Positions 10,684-20,162 of a stretch of 59,080 bases of DNA are shown here, piece after piece. How positions within the stretch are numbered: the first letter of the stretch is position 1; each line of letters begins with the position of its first letter. The DNA comes from Oscillospiraceae bacterium (GTDB lineage Bacteria; Bacillota; Clostridia; UBA1381): assembly GCA_015068545.1 (NCBI GenBank), contig SVKH01000001.1, positions 1 to 59,080 of the forward strand. The letters run 5' to 3'. The translations under genes were made by a program, and so were the position numbers. The notes under the pieces are model-generated. The model was not told where the DNA came from, did not search any database, and saw only the letters and a program-made list of their open reading frames with translations.

Positions 10684-11193
10684 TTACCAACTGAATTTTG
10701 TAAGCTTTCCTTCGCAGTTCAGCTGCATAAAATCAGTCTGACGAAGCGCCTCATATGCAACAATGGCAACGGCATTTGACAGATTAAGGCTTCTTGCCTC
10801 ATCTATCATCGGGATTCTGATGCACCATTCCTTATTGTCATGTAAGAGTTCCTCCGGCAGACCTTTTGTTTCCTTTCCGAAAAGGATAAAGTCCCCATCA
10901 CAGAATTCAGCATCAGCATAAGTGTTAACCGCCTTTGTTGTGGAATAAAAGAATCTTCCCCCGGAGTTCTTTTCATAGAAATCATCGAGATTTTCGTAAT
11001 ACTGAACTCCCAGAAGATGCCAGTAATCCAGACCCGCTCTTTTCAACTTTTTATCGTCTATAGTAAACCCCATAGGCTTCACTATATGAAGCTTGCAACC
11101 TGTGGCTGCACAAGTCCGGGCAATGTTCCCGGTATTCTGCGGAATCTCCGGCTCTACTAAAACTATATTAAACAAACCAATCACCACTGTCAT
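10684..11193 (-). CDS. trmL: tRNA (cytidine/uridine-34 2'-O)-methyltransferase, SpoU/TrmL family
   Basis: It is 169 aa and contains IVLVEPEIPQNTGNIARTCAATG plus a C-terminal SPOUT knot motif (SLNLSNAVAI). Confidence 0.85.
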   Translation of the reverse strand: MTVVIGLFNIVLVEPEIPQNTGNIARTCAATGCKLHIVKPMGFTIDDKKLKRAGLDYWHLLGVQYYENLDDFYEKNSGGRFFYSTTKAVNTYADAEFCDGDFILFGKETKGLPEELLHDNKEWCIRIPMIDEARSLNLSNAVAIVAYEALRQTDFMQLNCEGKLTKFSW

Positions 11194-11353
11194 ATAAATA
11201 TACTATTTTATTATATAACAAAACTTTGAAAAGTACAAGAGTTTTTAATAAATTGACAATATTTTTTTGTTGTGATATACTTTTTTCAGATACAGAGTAT
11301 TTATTACAGTAAACAAGGGAAAATATTCAAAACAAACATAGCGGAGAAATTTT

Positions 11354-12256
11354 ATGAAACTGTATAAAAAGATTCTGAACATTATAAATATAATAAATAA
11401 AGACAACGTGTTCTTATTTGCGGCTCAGGCAGCATTTTATATAATAATAGCCTCAATTCCGTCAATTATGATGCTTATGTCTCTGGCAAAATTCATACTT
11501 CCGGTATCTCAGGAGTATCTGCTGTCAGCCACATCACCTCTGATTCCGGAAATAATTAAATCTCCGGTTACCGGAATAATTTCAGAGCTTTATAATAACA
11601 GTACCTTTTCCATCGCATCAATCACGGCATTTTCGGCACTGTGGTCCGCATCCCGCGGAGTCGCAGCAGTGGAAAGAGGCATAAGAAACGTCTATCACAC
11701 TCCGCCCAGAAAAAGCTTTATAAAAGCAGTTATTGCCAGTTTCTTTTACACGATAATCTTTACACTGCTCATTATAGTATTTCTCGTGGTGGTGGTTTTC
11801 GGAACCCACATAATTGACCTTCTCCAGGTAAAATCAAATGTAATTCAGCTTATTTTTGGCAGATCATACATTCCGAAATGGATATTCACTTATGTGATGA
11901 TGACCTTCGTGTTTGCCTTTTTATTCTCCGCATTCTCCGGCAAAAAGCTACGATTCCGATACCATTTCCCCGGTGCAATATTCACTGCCGGTGGCTGGAT
12001 GATTTTTTCAGTACTGTACTCATTTTACATTGAAAACTTTGCCAACTACTCATATATCTACGGAAGCCTCACAGCCATAGTATTGCTGATGTTGTGGGTA
12101 TATTTCTGTATGGTAATATTCCTGTTGGGTGGAGAGGTAAACAAATTAGTTCTGGTAAGTAACGTAAATCGCAGAAAACATCAAAAAAATGTACGCGAAA
12201 GCCTGAAAACCACTCTGGACGAAATAATAAATGACAATAAAAGAAGCAACTATTAA
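11354..12256 (+). CDS. YihY/BrkB family membrane protein
   Basis: It is 300 aa with about six TM helices and typical family N-terminal and loop motifs (SASRGV). A TTGACA/TATACT promoter lies upstream. Confidence 0.75.
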   Translation: MKLYKKILNIINIINKDNVFLFAAQAAFYIIIASIPSIMMLMSLAKFILPVSQEYLLSATSPLIPEIIKSPVTGIISELYNNSTFSIASITAFSALWSASRGVAAVERGIRNVYHTPPRKSFIKAVIASFFYTIIFTLLIIVFLVVVVFGTHIIDLLQVKSNVIQLIFGRSYIPKWIFTYVMMTFVFAFLFSAFSGKKLRFRYHFPGAIFTAGGWMIFSVLYSFYIENFANYSYIYGSLTAIVLLMLWVYFCMVIFLLGGEVNKLVLVSNVNRRKHQKNVRESLKTTLDEIINDNKRSNY

Positions 12257-12295
12257 ATAAATGATAAACTTCTACAAAAATATTCAGGAGAAACT

Positions 12296-13348
12296 ATGAA
12301 AAAAGTAATACTGGACTGCTTTAAGGATTTTAAATGTATTGCCGGTGCCTGCCGACATAACTGCTGTATCGGTTGGGAAATAGACATTGACAACGATACC
12401 ATGAAATACTATAATACACTGGAAAACCCTATAAAATCCAGATTGACAGCCAATATATCACAAGATGCCACGCCCCACTTCATTCTTGACGAAAAGGAGC
12501 GGTGCCCCTTCCTGAACAGCGACAATCTATGTGATATTATAATAACTCTCGGCGAAGATAAAATCCCATATATCTGTAAGAACCATCCGCGTTTTTTCAC
12601 CTGGCTACCGGACAGAACCGAAACAGGTATGGGGTTGTGCTGCGAAGTGGCTACCAGGCTTTTATTCGCATCCCGCGACAAACTAAATACGCAGATACCC
12701 TATACTATGTCAGACTCCCTGCCGGATGTTATGACCTATGCACGTCAGATCGCATATTCAATTCTTCAGAACAGAACCTTTCCAATATCCTCACGTCTTG
12801 CACTGTTTTTGGACTATTGCAAAGCCCTTGACGAACACCTGTTTTTTGAAGATACCGGTCTTATTAAAAAAACGGCGGATTTATACAAAAACCGCACCCC
12901 TGGCACAATCACCGAAGGACGCAGTTTAAAAGCAATAACAGCTCTCTATCATAGTCTTTCGCCAATAGATGAAACCTGGAGCAAGCTTTCATCAGATATA
13001 TCTGAAAATCACAGAGAAATCAAAGCATCACTTCAGAATTTTCACAAAAATACTCAGGAAAATTTCTATAAATACGAGCATCTTGCAATTTATTTTACAT
13101 ATCGGCATTTTCTAAACTGCCTGGACGATTATGACATACTGTCTGCCGGGAGATTCATCGTTCTCAGCACACTGTACTGCGGAGTATGTGATGCATATTC
13201 ATACAGTATATGCGGTAACCCTCTAACGGACGAACACGCAAAACTGTACTCCAAACAGGTTGAATATTCCACGGAAAACACAGACAAAATTTCCGGTGCT
13301 AATATAAAAAACATTAAAGGACTTCTGCCACTGGTTTTCGGCAGATAA
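12296..13348 (+). CDS. FliB-family (flagellin lysine-N-methylase-like) Cys-rich protein
   Basis: The N-terminal FKCIAGACRHNCCIGWEIDID..T..YY matches the FliB signature F.C.G..C...CC.GW.I..D. No flagellar context is present in the window. Confidence 0.55.
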   Translation: MKKVILDCFKDFKCIAGACRHNCCIGWEIDIDNDTMKYYNTLENPIKSRLTANISQDATPHFILDEKERCPFLNSDNLCDIIITLGEDKIPYICKNHPRFFTWLPDRTETGMGLCCEVATRLLFASRDKLNTQIPYTMSDSLPDVMTYARQIAYSILQNRTFPISSRLALFLDYCKALDEHLFFEDTGLIKKTADLYKNRTPGTITEGRSLKAITALYHSLSPIDETWSKLSSDISENHREIKASLQNFHKNTQENFYKYEHLAIYFTYRHFLNCLDDYDILSAGRFIVLSTLYCGVCDAYSYSICGNPLTDEHAKLYSKQVEYSTENTDKISGANIKNIKGLLPLVFGR

Positions 13349-13363
13349 AGGAGGAATAATAAA

Positions 13364-14233
13364 ATGATAAACAGAAAAGAACTAAAAACAAAAGCAAAAG
13401 CCGTCCTTTCCCGATCATATTTTATGATCTTTTTAGCATGCCTTGCAGTAACCCTTGTAAGCGGTGGCGGAACGGGTCTGAACCTGCAAAAACTACAGAA
13501 CATCGATCCGTCACAAATATCCAACGTCAAATTGCTGTTAATCTGCGGAATAATCGGCATTTTGACAATTATCGGCATTTTATTCTTTATATTGCTGGTA
13601 TCTCCGCTTTATGTGGGACTGAAAAAATTCATACTGAACACCTCCAAAGGCTCATGTAATTTAGAGGATCTTTTGTTTCCCTTCAAGAACAACTATAAAA
13701 ATATTACATTTACAGTGTTCATGAAGAATTTATACATTTTTCTGTGGTCACTTCCGTCGTTTATCCCACTTGTTCTCGGCATAACAGTATTTGACTTACC
13801 CGACACCGTTATGTTGCTTGTACAAAGAATACAAGCTGATTCTGTGCCGGCTGCCCTGACACTTATAGCGCTTTCCACACTGTTGATGCTATTGACAATC
13901 ATTTTTTCCATTCCGTCCATAATAAAGGATCTGCAATACTCAATGGTTCAATATATTCTGGCAGACGATCCTGATACTAACTGGAAGACAGCCATTGCAA
14001 AAAGCAAAGAAATGATGGTAGGAAACAAATGGGAATATGTAAAGCTTATGTTCTCCTTCACCGGATGGTATCTTCTGTGTAATCTGGCTTGCTGCCTTGG
14101 CAATTTTGTTCTGACTCCGTATATTGAGACAACCTTTGCACAGATGTACATTGAAATAAGCGGACAAAGCTCTGACTATCAGCAAAATTCATATAACGAA
14201 AATAACTTTTTCCGAGGCTTCGGAAGCTTTTAA
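13364..14233 (+). CDS. DUF975 family membrane protein (left copy)
   Basis: It has a multi-TM profile and a typical DUF975 N-terminus (RKELKTKAKAVLS). It is a paralog of 58326..59080. Confidence 0.7.
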   Translation: MINRKELKTKAKAVLSRSYFMIFLACLAVTLVSGGGTGLNLQKLQNIDPSQISNVKLLLICGIIGILTIIGILFFILLVSPLYVGLKKFILNTSKGSCNLEDLLFPFKNNYKNITFTVFMKNLYIFLWSLPSFIPLVLGITVFDLPDTVMLLVQRIQADSVPAALTLIALSTLLMLLTIIFSIPSIIKDLQYSMVQYILADDPDTNWKTAIAKSKEMMVGNKWEYVKLMFSFTGWYLLCNLACCLGNFVLTPYIETTFAQMYIEISGQSSDYQQNSYNENNFFRGFGSF

Positions 14234-14247
14234 TAAGGAGAATTGAT

Positions 14248-15237
14248 ATGTATAATGCAGCAGAAAACCGATACGAAAAAATGAAATATGCTTTCAGCGG
14301 GCACTCCGGGCTTATGCTCCCGAAGGTCAGCCTTGGAATATGGCATAACTTTGGCACTTACGACAACTACGAAAATATGAAGAAAATGTGTTTTACCGCC
14401 TTTGATAACGGCATAACACACTTTGATGCGGCAAATAATTATGGTCCGATAGCAGGAAGCGCAGAGATAAACTTCGGCAAAATCCTGAAGGAAGAAATGT
14501 CCGCATACCGCGATCAGCTCATAATCAGCACAAAAGCCGGATACTATATGTGGGAAGGTCCTTACGGTGATGGCGGAAGCAGGAAATACCTTCTGTCCAG
14601 CCTTGACCAGAGTCTGAAACGTCTGGGTGTTAATTATGTTGATATTTTTTACCACCATAGAATGACCAAGGATACACCACTAGAAGAAACAATGTCAGCA
14701 CTTTCCCATGCAGTAAAAAGCGGAAAGGCTCTTTACGTGGGATTATCTAATTATGATGGTAAAACCTTGGAAAAAGCCACCGAAATACTGAAAAGCAGTA
14801 ATACACCATTTATTATCAACCAGAACCCGTATAACATATTAAACCGTGCAGTTGAAGAGAACGGGCTTTTGGATATGTCTCAAAAGCTTGGTAAAGGAGT
14901 AATCTGTTTCAGTCCCCTTGCTCAGGGCTTGCTGACAGACAGGTATCTGTGCGGAATCCCGGAGGATAGTCGCGCCGCGAAAAAACATTTCCTGAAACCG
15001 GAACACATCACAGACGAGCTTCTTGAGAAAGTAAAAGCACTTAATACCATTGCAAAAAACAGAGGACAAACATTGGCACAAATGTCACTTTCCTGGGTGC
15101 TGAATAACCCAGCAGTAACAAGCGTTCTTATCGGTGCCTCGTCCCCTGCTCAGATACTGGATAACATTGGTTGCATCAATGCTCCTGCTTTCACTCCGGA
15201 TGAACTTAAACAAATCGACCACATCGCTATTGGATAA
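14248..15237 (+). CDS. aldo/keto reductase (YghZ/Tas-like, left copy)
   Basis: It is 329 aa with AKR motifs (FDAANNYG, GGSRKY, LAQGLLT). It is a paralog of 57316..58305. Confidence 0.9.
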   Translation: MYNAAENRYEKMKYAFSGHSGLMLPKVSLGIWHNFGTYDNYENMKKMCFTAFDNGITHFDAANNYGPIAGSAEINFGKILKEEMSAYRDQLIISTKAGYYMWEGPYGDGGSRKYLLSSLDQSLKRLGVNYVDIFYHHRMTKDTPLEETMSALSHAVKSGKALYVGLSNYDGKTLEKATEILKSSNTPFIINQNPYNILNRAVEENGLLDMSQKLGKGVICFSPLAQGLLTDRYLCGIPEDSRAAKKHFLKPEHITDELLEKVKALNTIAKNRGQTLAQMSLSWVLNNPAVTSVLIGASSPAQILDNIGCINAPAFTPDELKQIDHIAIG

Positions 15238-15378
15238 TGCATCATCCTCCGTTCTTGACTTTTGTCCGGTTGTATGATAGTATTGTCATATGAAAACAGA
15301 TTGTGCGGTAATATTCTTTACAAAAACCTATCTGTATGGTTTTTTTGTTTTCATAACACAAAAGGAGGAAGATACTAA

Positions 15379-16704
15379 ATGAATACAAAGAAAAAAGGCT
15401 TTGCCAGCAGATGGGGTTTTATCCTCGCTTCAGTTGGTTCAGCAGTCGGAATGGCAAATGTTTGGGGATTCCCGAACAAAATGGGTTCAAATGGTGGAGG
15501 AGCATTCCTTCTGATTTACCTGTTTTTCGTTTTTATTTTCAGCTACGTGGGACTTCCGTCAGAATTTGCAATCGGCAGAGGATCCGGAACCGGAACCCTG
15601 GGCTCATACTCAAATGCCTGGAAAACAAGAAGCAATAAACTCGAAAAAGCCGGTGGACTTATAGGCTGGCTTCCGCTACTTGGCTCTTTATGTATATCAA
15701 TTGGCTATGCCGTTATTGTTTCATACGTTTTAAAAGCACTGGTAAGCTCACTTACAGGTGCACTTATGGGTTCGGATGTAGATCTGTGGTTTGAAGGCTT
15801 TTCAACAAGACCTTACTCCGTAATACCATACCATATTATTGTAGTAGTAGGGACACTTCTTACTCTGATGTTGGGTGCAAAAAGTATTGAAAAAAGTAAT
15901 AAGATTATGATGCCTATTTTCTTTGTAATCTTTCTGTTCCTTGCAGTTTGTGTGGCATTTCTTCCAAATTCTATTGAAGGCTACAAATTTATGTTTACTG
16001 CTGACTGGAAAAAACTTCTGGACCCATTTGTATGGGTATGGGCAATGGGACAGGCATTCTTCTCTTTGTCATTGACAGGAAGCGGAATGATAGTATACGG
16101 TGCTTATCTCGGAGAAAACGAAGACGTAGTTTCTGTTTCACAAAAAACTGCTATTTTCGACACAATAGCTGCGCTCGTAGCAGCACTTGTTATTATTCCT
16201 GCATGCTTCTCATATAAAATGGACGTAGGTGCAGGCCCTGGTCTTCTGTTCGTAACGTTACCGAAAATTTTGCAGGACATTCCTCTTGGACAGGTTTTTG
16301 CTATAATTTTATACGTTGCAATGATATTTGCAGGGGTAAGCTCATTGCAAAATATGTTTGAAGCTGTATGCGAATCCCTGATTCACAAGTTCCCAAAACT
16401 CAGTCGTAAGGTAGTTCTGGCTATACTTTGCCTGGTATGCCTTGGAGCAGGAATCGGTATGGAAGCAATATATCAATGGGGTCCATGGATGGATATGATC
16501 TCCATTTACATTATTCCAATCGGTGCAACACTTGGCGCAATTTCCTGGTTCTGGATAATGAAAAAGGACGACCTTCTTTCGGAAATCAATAAAGGGGCAT
16601 CAAATAAACATGCTGATATCTGGTACTATACCGGAAAATTTGTATATGTTCCTTTTGCTCTTATCCTTTGCATAGTTGCATTATTTATGAAGGTTGCATT
16701 CTGA
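15379..16704 (+). CDS. sodium-dependent transporter, NSS/SNF family (left copy)
   Basis: It is 441 aa with about 11-12 TM helices and the N-terminal signature RWGFILASVGSAVGMANVWGFP. It is a paralog of 55721..57046. Confidence 0.9.
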   Translation: MNTKKKGFASRWGFILASVGSAVGMANVWGFPNKMGSNGGGAFLLIYLFFVFIFSYVGLPSEFAIGRGSGTGTLGSYSNAWKTRSNKLEKAGGLIGWLPLLGSLCISIGYAVIVSYVLKALVSSLTGALMGSDVDLWFEGFSTRPYSVIPYHIIVVVGTLLTLMLGAKSIEKSNKIMMPIFFVIFLFLAVCVAFLPNSIEGYKFMFTADWKKLLDPFVWVWAMGQAFFSLSLTGSGMIVYGAYLGENEDVVSVSQKTAIFDTIAALVAALVIIPACFSYKMDVGAGPGLLFVTLPKILQDIPLGQVFAIILYVAMIFAGVSSLQNMFEAVCESLIHKFPKLSRKVVLAILCLVCLGAGIGMEAIYQWGPWMDMISIYIIPIGATLGAISWFWIMKKDDLLSEINKGASNKHADIWYYTGKFVYVPFALILCIVALFMKVAF

Positions 16705-16742
16705 TAAAGTATAAATAAATGGTGACTGTAAAATTTATGCAG

Positions 16743-17729
16743 TCACCTTTTTTTATACTGATTTTGAACAACTATCTTGGACGCAGTTAACAATTCATAT
16801 ACTGCCAGCCTGTCTCCATTAAGGTATTCTTTATGCATATCAATTGCATTTATACAGCTGTTATTATAGGTAGTATAATAATAAATTCCCTTACTAAGAT
16901 TACAGCATGAAGTATAGTTTGTGATCTCATATCCACCCTGAACCTGCACGCATCCCTTTTGCTGATATACTGCATATAACGTGTGAAAAAAATGATTCAC
17001 CACTTCTGACTCTATACTGGAATATACAGAATTTTCGCAAATAAAACACGCCTTTACAAATCTGGACATAGAAGAATAATCCCCCGGAAGTCCAATCGCT
17101 CCCATACCTCTGCTATAAGGCTTCATGTATAATTTTTCAGAAAAAAGGTTTGTAGGCTCTTTAGCAGAAAGATTCATATAGTTAGTCAGGTTTTGTATTT
17201 GAACTGAAAACTCAGGGTTATTTGTCAAAACTCCCACATTATTCTCATAAATTTTCAAACCACTTTTTGTTTGTTCTACGGTTAACGCTCTTTTATTGTC
17301 AGCAATAATCCAATGTAGCGGAGATGGAGGCATTTCGGCAGAATAGGCATCATCAGTAATATTGGCATTACTTAGGAAACTTTCTGCCTCATCCACCGAC
17401 GCACAATTTGTCAGAACCCACGAAATAAATTCATAAGATGCCACATTGTCCTTACCGGAAACAGCCTTTTTAAACTCAGCATTTCCGGCAAACCTCAATC
17501 CTGCAATTCCTAAACCTGCTTCATTTATAGCATCAAAAAATAGAGGATATCCATTATCCACTACTGCCATCCCTACTATTGCGTGGTGATTCTTTATTTC
17601 CCTTCCGGACCTGAATGTAAAACCGAAATTTCTCGGAACAACTACAATCTTTTCACCAAAATCCGACTCAAAATCCAAATTTCTCCCAAAATATCCGTCT
17701 CCGGCTCTTGCCAGAATTGCTGTACACAT
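16743..17729 (-). CDS. choloylglycine hydrolase family Ntn-hydrolase (bile salt hydrolase / penicillin V acylase-like, left copy)
   Basis: The start was set at MCTAI so that the catalytic Cys is residue 2, with SD aaggagg 7 nt upstream. GRNLDFE is present. It is a paralog of 54592..55554. Confidence 0.85.
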   Translation of the reverse strand: MCTAILARAGDGYFGRNLDFESDFGEKIVVVPRNFGFTFRSGREIKNHHAIVGMAVVDNGYPLFFDAINEAGLGIAGLRFAGNAEFKKAVSGKDNVASYEFISWVLTNCASVDEAESFLSNANITDDAYSAEMPPSPLHWIIADNKRALTVEQTKSGLKIYENNVGVLTNNPEFSVQIQNLTNYMNLSAKEPTNLFSEKLYMKPYSRGMGAIGLPGDYSSMSRFVKACFICENSVYSSIESEVVNHFFHTLYAVYQQKGCVQVQGGYEITNYTSCCNLSKGIYYYTTYNNSCINAIDMHKEYLNGDRLAVYELLTASKIVVQNQYKKR

Positions 17730-17804
17730 ATCATATCCTCCTTTTTTCCTTATGATATGCATATCATAGCAATTTAATACTTTTTTCAAAATAGGGACGT
17801 TTTT

Positions 17805-17838
17805 TCAAAATGGGGACGTAGTCATTTTTGTTTTCTTA
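17805..17838. repeat. 34-bp direct repeat, copy 1 (preceded by a tandem partial copy at 17781-17800)
   Basis: The sequence tcaaaatggggacgtagTcatttttgttttctta matches 20129-20162 at 33 of 34 positions. ttcaaaatAgggacgt occurs immediately upstream. Confidence 0.9.
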
Positions 17839-17843
17839 CAAAC

Positions 17844-18118
17844 TATATGCACGATATAACAGTAGAGAAGATTGCCCGATACCTAAACCTTGACAGAACA
17901 TATTTTTCTGTCATTTTCAAAAAGACAACCGGACTTTCTCCTAAACAGTATCTTCTTAATATTATAGAATGAGTATTGCCGCCACTCTCATAACCAAAAA
18001 ACATATTGCGATATCTGTTGTAGCAAACTCAGTTGGATATTCTGATTTATATACCTTCCCTAAAATGTTTAAACATCATTTTGGAGTCTCACCATCAAAC
18101 TATTCAATACGAGAATAA
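17844..18118 (+). pseudogene. AraC/XylS-family regulator remnant (C-terminal HTH only, frameshifted)
   Basis: It translates to ...ITVEKIARYLNLDRTYFSVIFKKTTGLSPKQYLLNI, hits a stop, and continues in another frame as RMSIAATLI...VANSVGYSDLYTFPKMFKHHFGVSPSNY. No N-terminal sensor domain is present. Confidence 0.75.
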
Positions 18119-18499
18119 ATGTATAAAACTTGTTTTTTTAGCTCAGATTACACAAAAACGATTATCAGTTTTTATCTTCTTTTATTACGTTTTGTAGTTC
18201 AAGTATGGTTCAAAAACTGCTTGACATCTACCCTTTTGTTTCAATATAGAATTTTACATAAAGACTTTAAACCATTGAAAAAAGCGAACAATATATATAC
18301 ATCTGTGCCGAAGGCACTTTTTCGCAGAAGGTAGGTAGTGAAACAAAGGCATTATGAGTACCTTTACAATCGAATAGACGACTGGAACGTGACCTTTTGC
18401 GAAAAAGGAGCAGCAACGGAGCATATAAAAAATGACCACTTTGCAAGTGGTCATTTAAATTGCAGCGTAGTTTGCTGCGACGTGGAAGAGACGAACAGT

Positions 18500-19294
18500 T
18501 TAGATGCCAAGAAGTTGTTTTTTCTTTGCATCAAATTCTTCTTTGCTTATAATTCCTTCGTTTAATAGTTCTGCATATTTTCTTAATTCCTCGGCATTAG
18601 AATTTGGTCTTGTTGGATTGTTCATTTTTCCCTTGTTTAACATTACACTTTCTATAAATTCCTTTATCTCCTGTACATATTCATTGTCTGCACGATAAAA
18701 TGTAACCGTATTTTCATCGTAATTAGCCTCTTTAACACCATGTTGTCCCTCAATTCCGCCTCCTAAACCAAACTGAATATAACCAACCATTAATCCGGCA
18801 CGTTTCACCTGTATACTCTTTATCTCTGATATAGGAATAGTTTTTGTACCTTTTAACCCTTGAAACGCTAGCGCGAAAATACCTTTCCTTGTTATTTCAA
18901 TTTTATTCTCATATACATAAAGTTGTCCGTTATCACCTTTTAGTGTATACAGAGCACCATTATTGCTTTGAATATCATTTTTGTATTCCTCTATGATAGA
19001 TTTATCACCAGGATTATTTTCTTTTAATATTATTTTCCCATTTAATTTATCTAGTGTTGCGTATATTTCAAAAGTAGTGGCACTTTCTGTTATATTAACA
19101 TTTACTGTCTTCTCACATTTAGCAAACACGCCAACAGGAATAAAACATATTTTATGACTTCCTATACTTATATTTGATTCTATCGTTTCACCATTCGCTA
19201 ATTCTCCTATAACAACATCATCTATTTCTACCTTATATTTTTTTGACCAATAATAAAAAGAAGATTCTCTTTTTATAATAATTCTACTATCCAT
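18500..19294 (-). CDS. PH-like (DUF4429-type) domain protein with C-terminal SHOCT domain
   Basis: The C-terminus AEELRKYAELLNEGIISKEEFDAKKKQLLGI is a SHOCT motif, and the middle has a GYIQFGLGG bacterial-PH-like segment. A TTGACA-17-TAAAAT promoter, an SD (gaggaggg) and a terminator at 18431-18456 are present. Confidence 0.7.
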   Translation of the reverse strand: MDSRIIIKRESSFYYWSKKYKVEIDDVVIGELANGETIESNISIGSHKICFIPVGVFAKCEKTVNVNITESATTFEIYATLDKLNGKIILKENNPGDKSIIEEYKNDIQSNNGALYTLKGDNGQLYVYENKIEITRKGIFALAFQGLKGTKTIPISEIKSIQVKRAGLMVGYIQFGLGGGIEGQHGVKEANYDENTVTFYRADNEYVQEIKEFIESVMLNKGKMNNPTRPNSNAEELRKYAELLNEGIISKEEFDAKKKQLLGI

Positions 19295-19417
19295 TATGAT
19301 CCCTCCTCAATATAATTTTAACACATCTATATTATAATGTCAAAAAGAAAAACCGAATGGTTAGATATGTCATCTAAATCTTTCGGTTTCTATGGCATTG
19401 CACCGATAAAATGATAC

Positions 19418-19569
19418 AATTTCGCATAATATACTATTTAGCATAATTAACCTTTCATCGTAATTTACTTTTTAGCAAAATTAAACTCTTACTAAAATAA
19501 ACCTTTTAGCAAATCTGTACTTTTTAGCAAAATTCATACCTTTCGGCGAAATTCATACCTTTTAGCAGA
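19418..19569. repeat. degenerate tandem array of about 8-9 units of roughly 18-20 bp (iteron-like)
   Basis: The minus-strand units are TGCTAAAAGGTATGAATT / TCGCCGAAAGGTATGAATTT / TGCTAAAAAGTACAGATT / TGCTAAAAGGTTTATT... / TGCTAAAAAGTAAATT... / TGCTAAATAGTATATTA / TGCGAAATTGTATCATT. Confidence 0.75.
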
Positions 19570-20107
19570 ATATGCAACTATATCAAACAAAATATCCCAA
19601 TCTCCATGATGATGCAAGGTTGCTTTATACTGATACAAGTCGGGATACGGTTCGAAACTTTTAGTAGAACCAATTGTCCTTGCATATTTAATAATAGTAT
19701 TATTCTTAATCAGATCAGCAACTCTATCGTCGCAGTTCTTTCCGCCACAAGGATATGCCATACCCTTCACCCCATATCCTACAAGTTCAGAGAGGGTTAT
19801 TCTGTCCTGCTCAACCTGACGCAGAACCTCCATGTCATCTTTAATACTGGTAAGGTTTGGATGCGAAAGTGTATGAACCGCCACCTCGTGTCCATTATAA
19901 ATGTGTTTTATATCTTCGGGATTGTTCTTTTGTATGATTGACATGAACACCATTACGCACTAAAGAACCTGTTTTCCCCAAAAGTTTCGAATTGATGTTA
20001 AAGGCAGCCTTCAAATTATATTTATTAAAAATTTCAATAAGCCTTACATCCTGCGTTACTCCGTCATCATAGCTGAATGTTATGGCTTTATTCTTTCCAC
20101 CAAACAT
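19534..20107 (-). pseudogene. polysaccharide deacetylase (NodB-type) gene split by a frameshift near 19940
   Basis: ORF 19895-20107 (AITFSYDDGVTQD...) and ORF 19534-19953 (...GHEVAVHTLSHPNL...) are consecutive parts of one NodB domain in different frames. A good SD (aggagg) precedes the first ATG. Confidence 0.7.
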
Positions 20108-20128
20108 AACTTCCTCCTAAAAAATCTT

Positions 20129-20162
20129 TCAAAATGGGGACGTAGGCATTTTTGTTTTCTTA
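20129..20162. repeat. 34-bp direct repeat, copy 2
   Basis: The sequence tcaaaatggggacgtagGcatttttgttttctta matches 17805-17838 at 33 of 34 positions. Confidence 0.9.

Noticed and set aside
15238-15378. Leader hairpins with U-runs upstream of both NSS transporter genes (also 57047-57315) were considered as a shared riboswitch or attenuator.
   Set aside because: The two leaders share no sequence or structural similarity. The left hairpin is a weak A-U-rich stem. There is not enough evidence for a conserved regulatory RNA.
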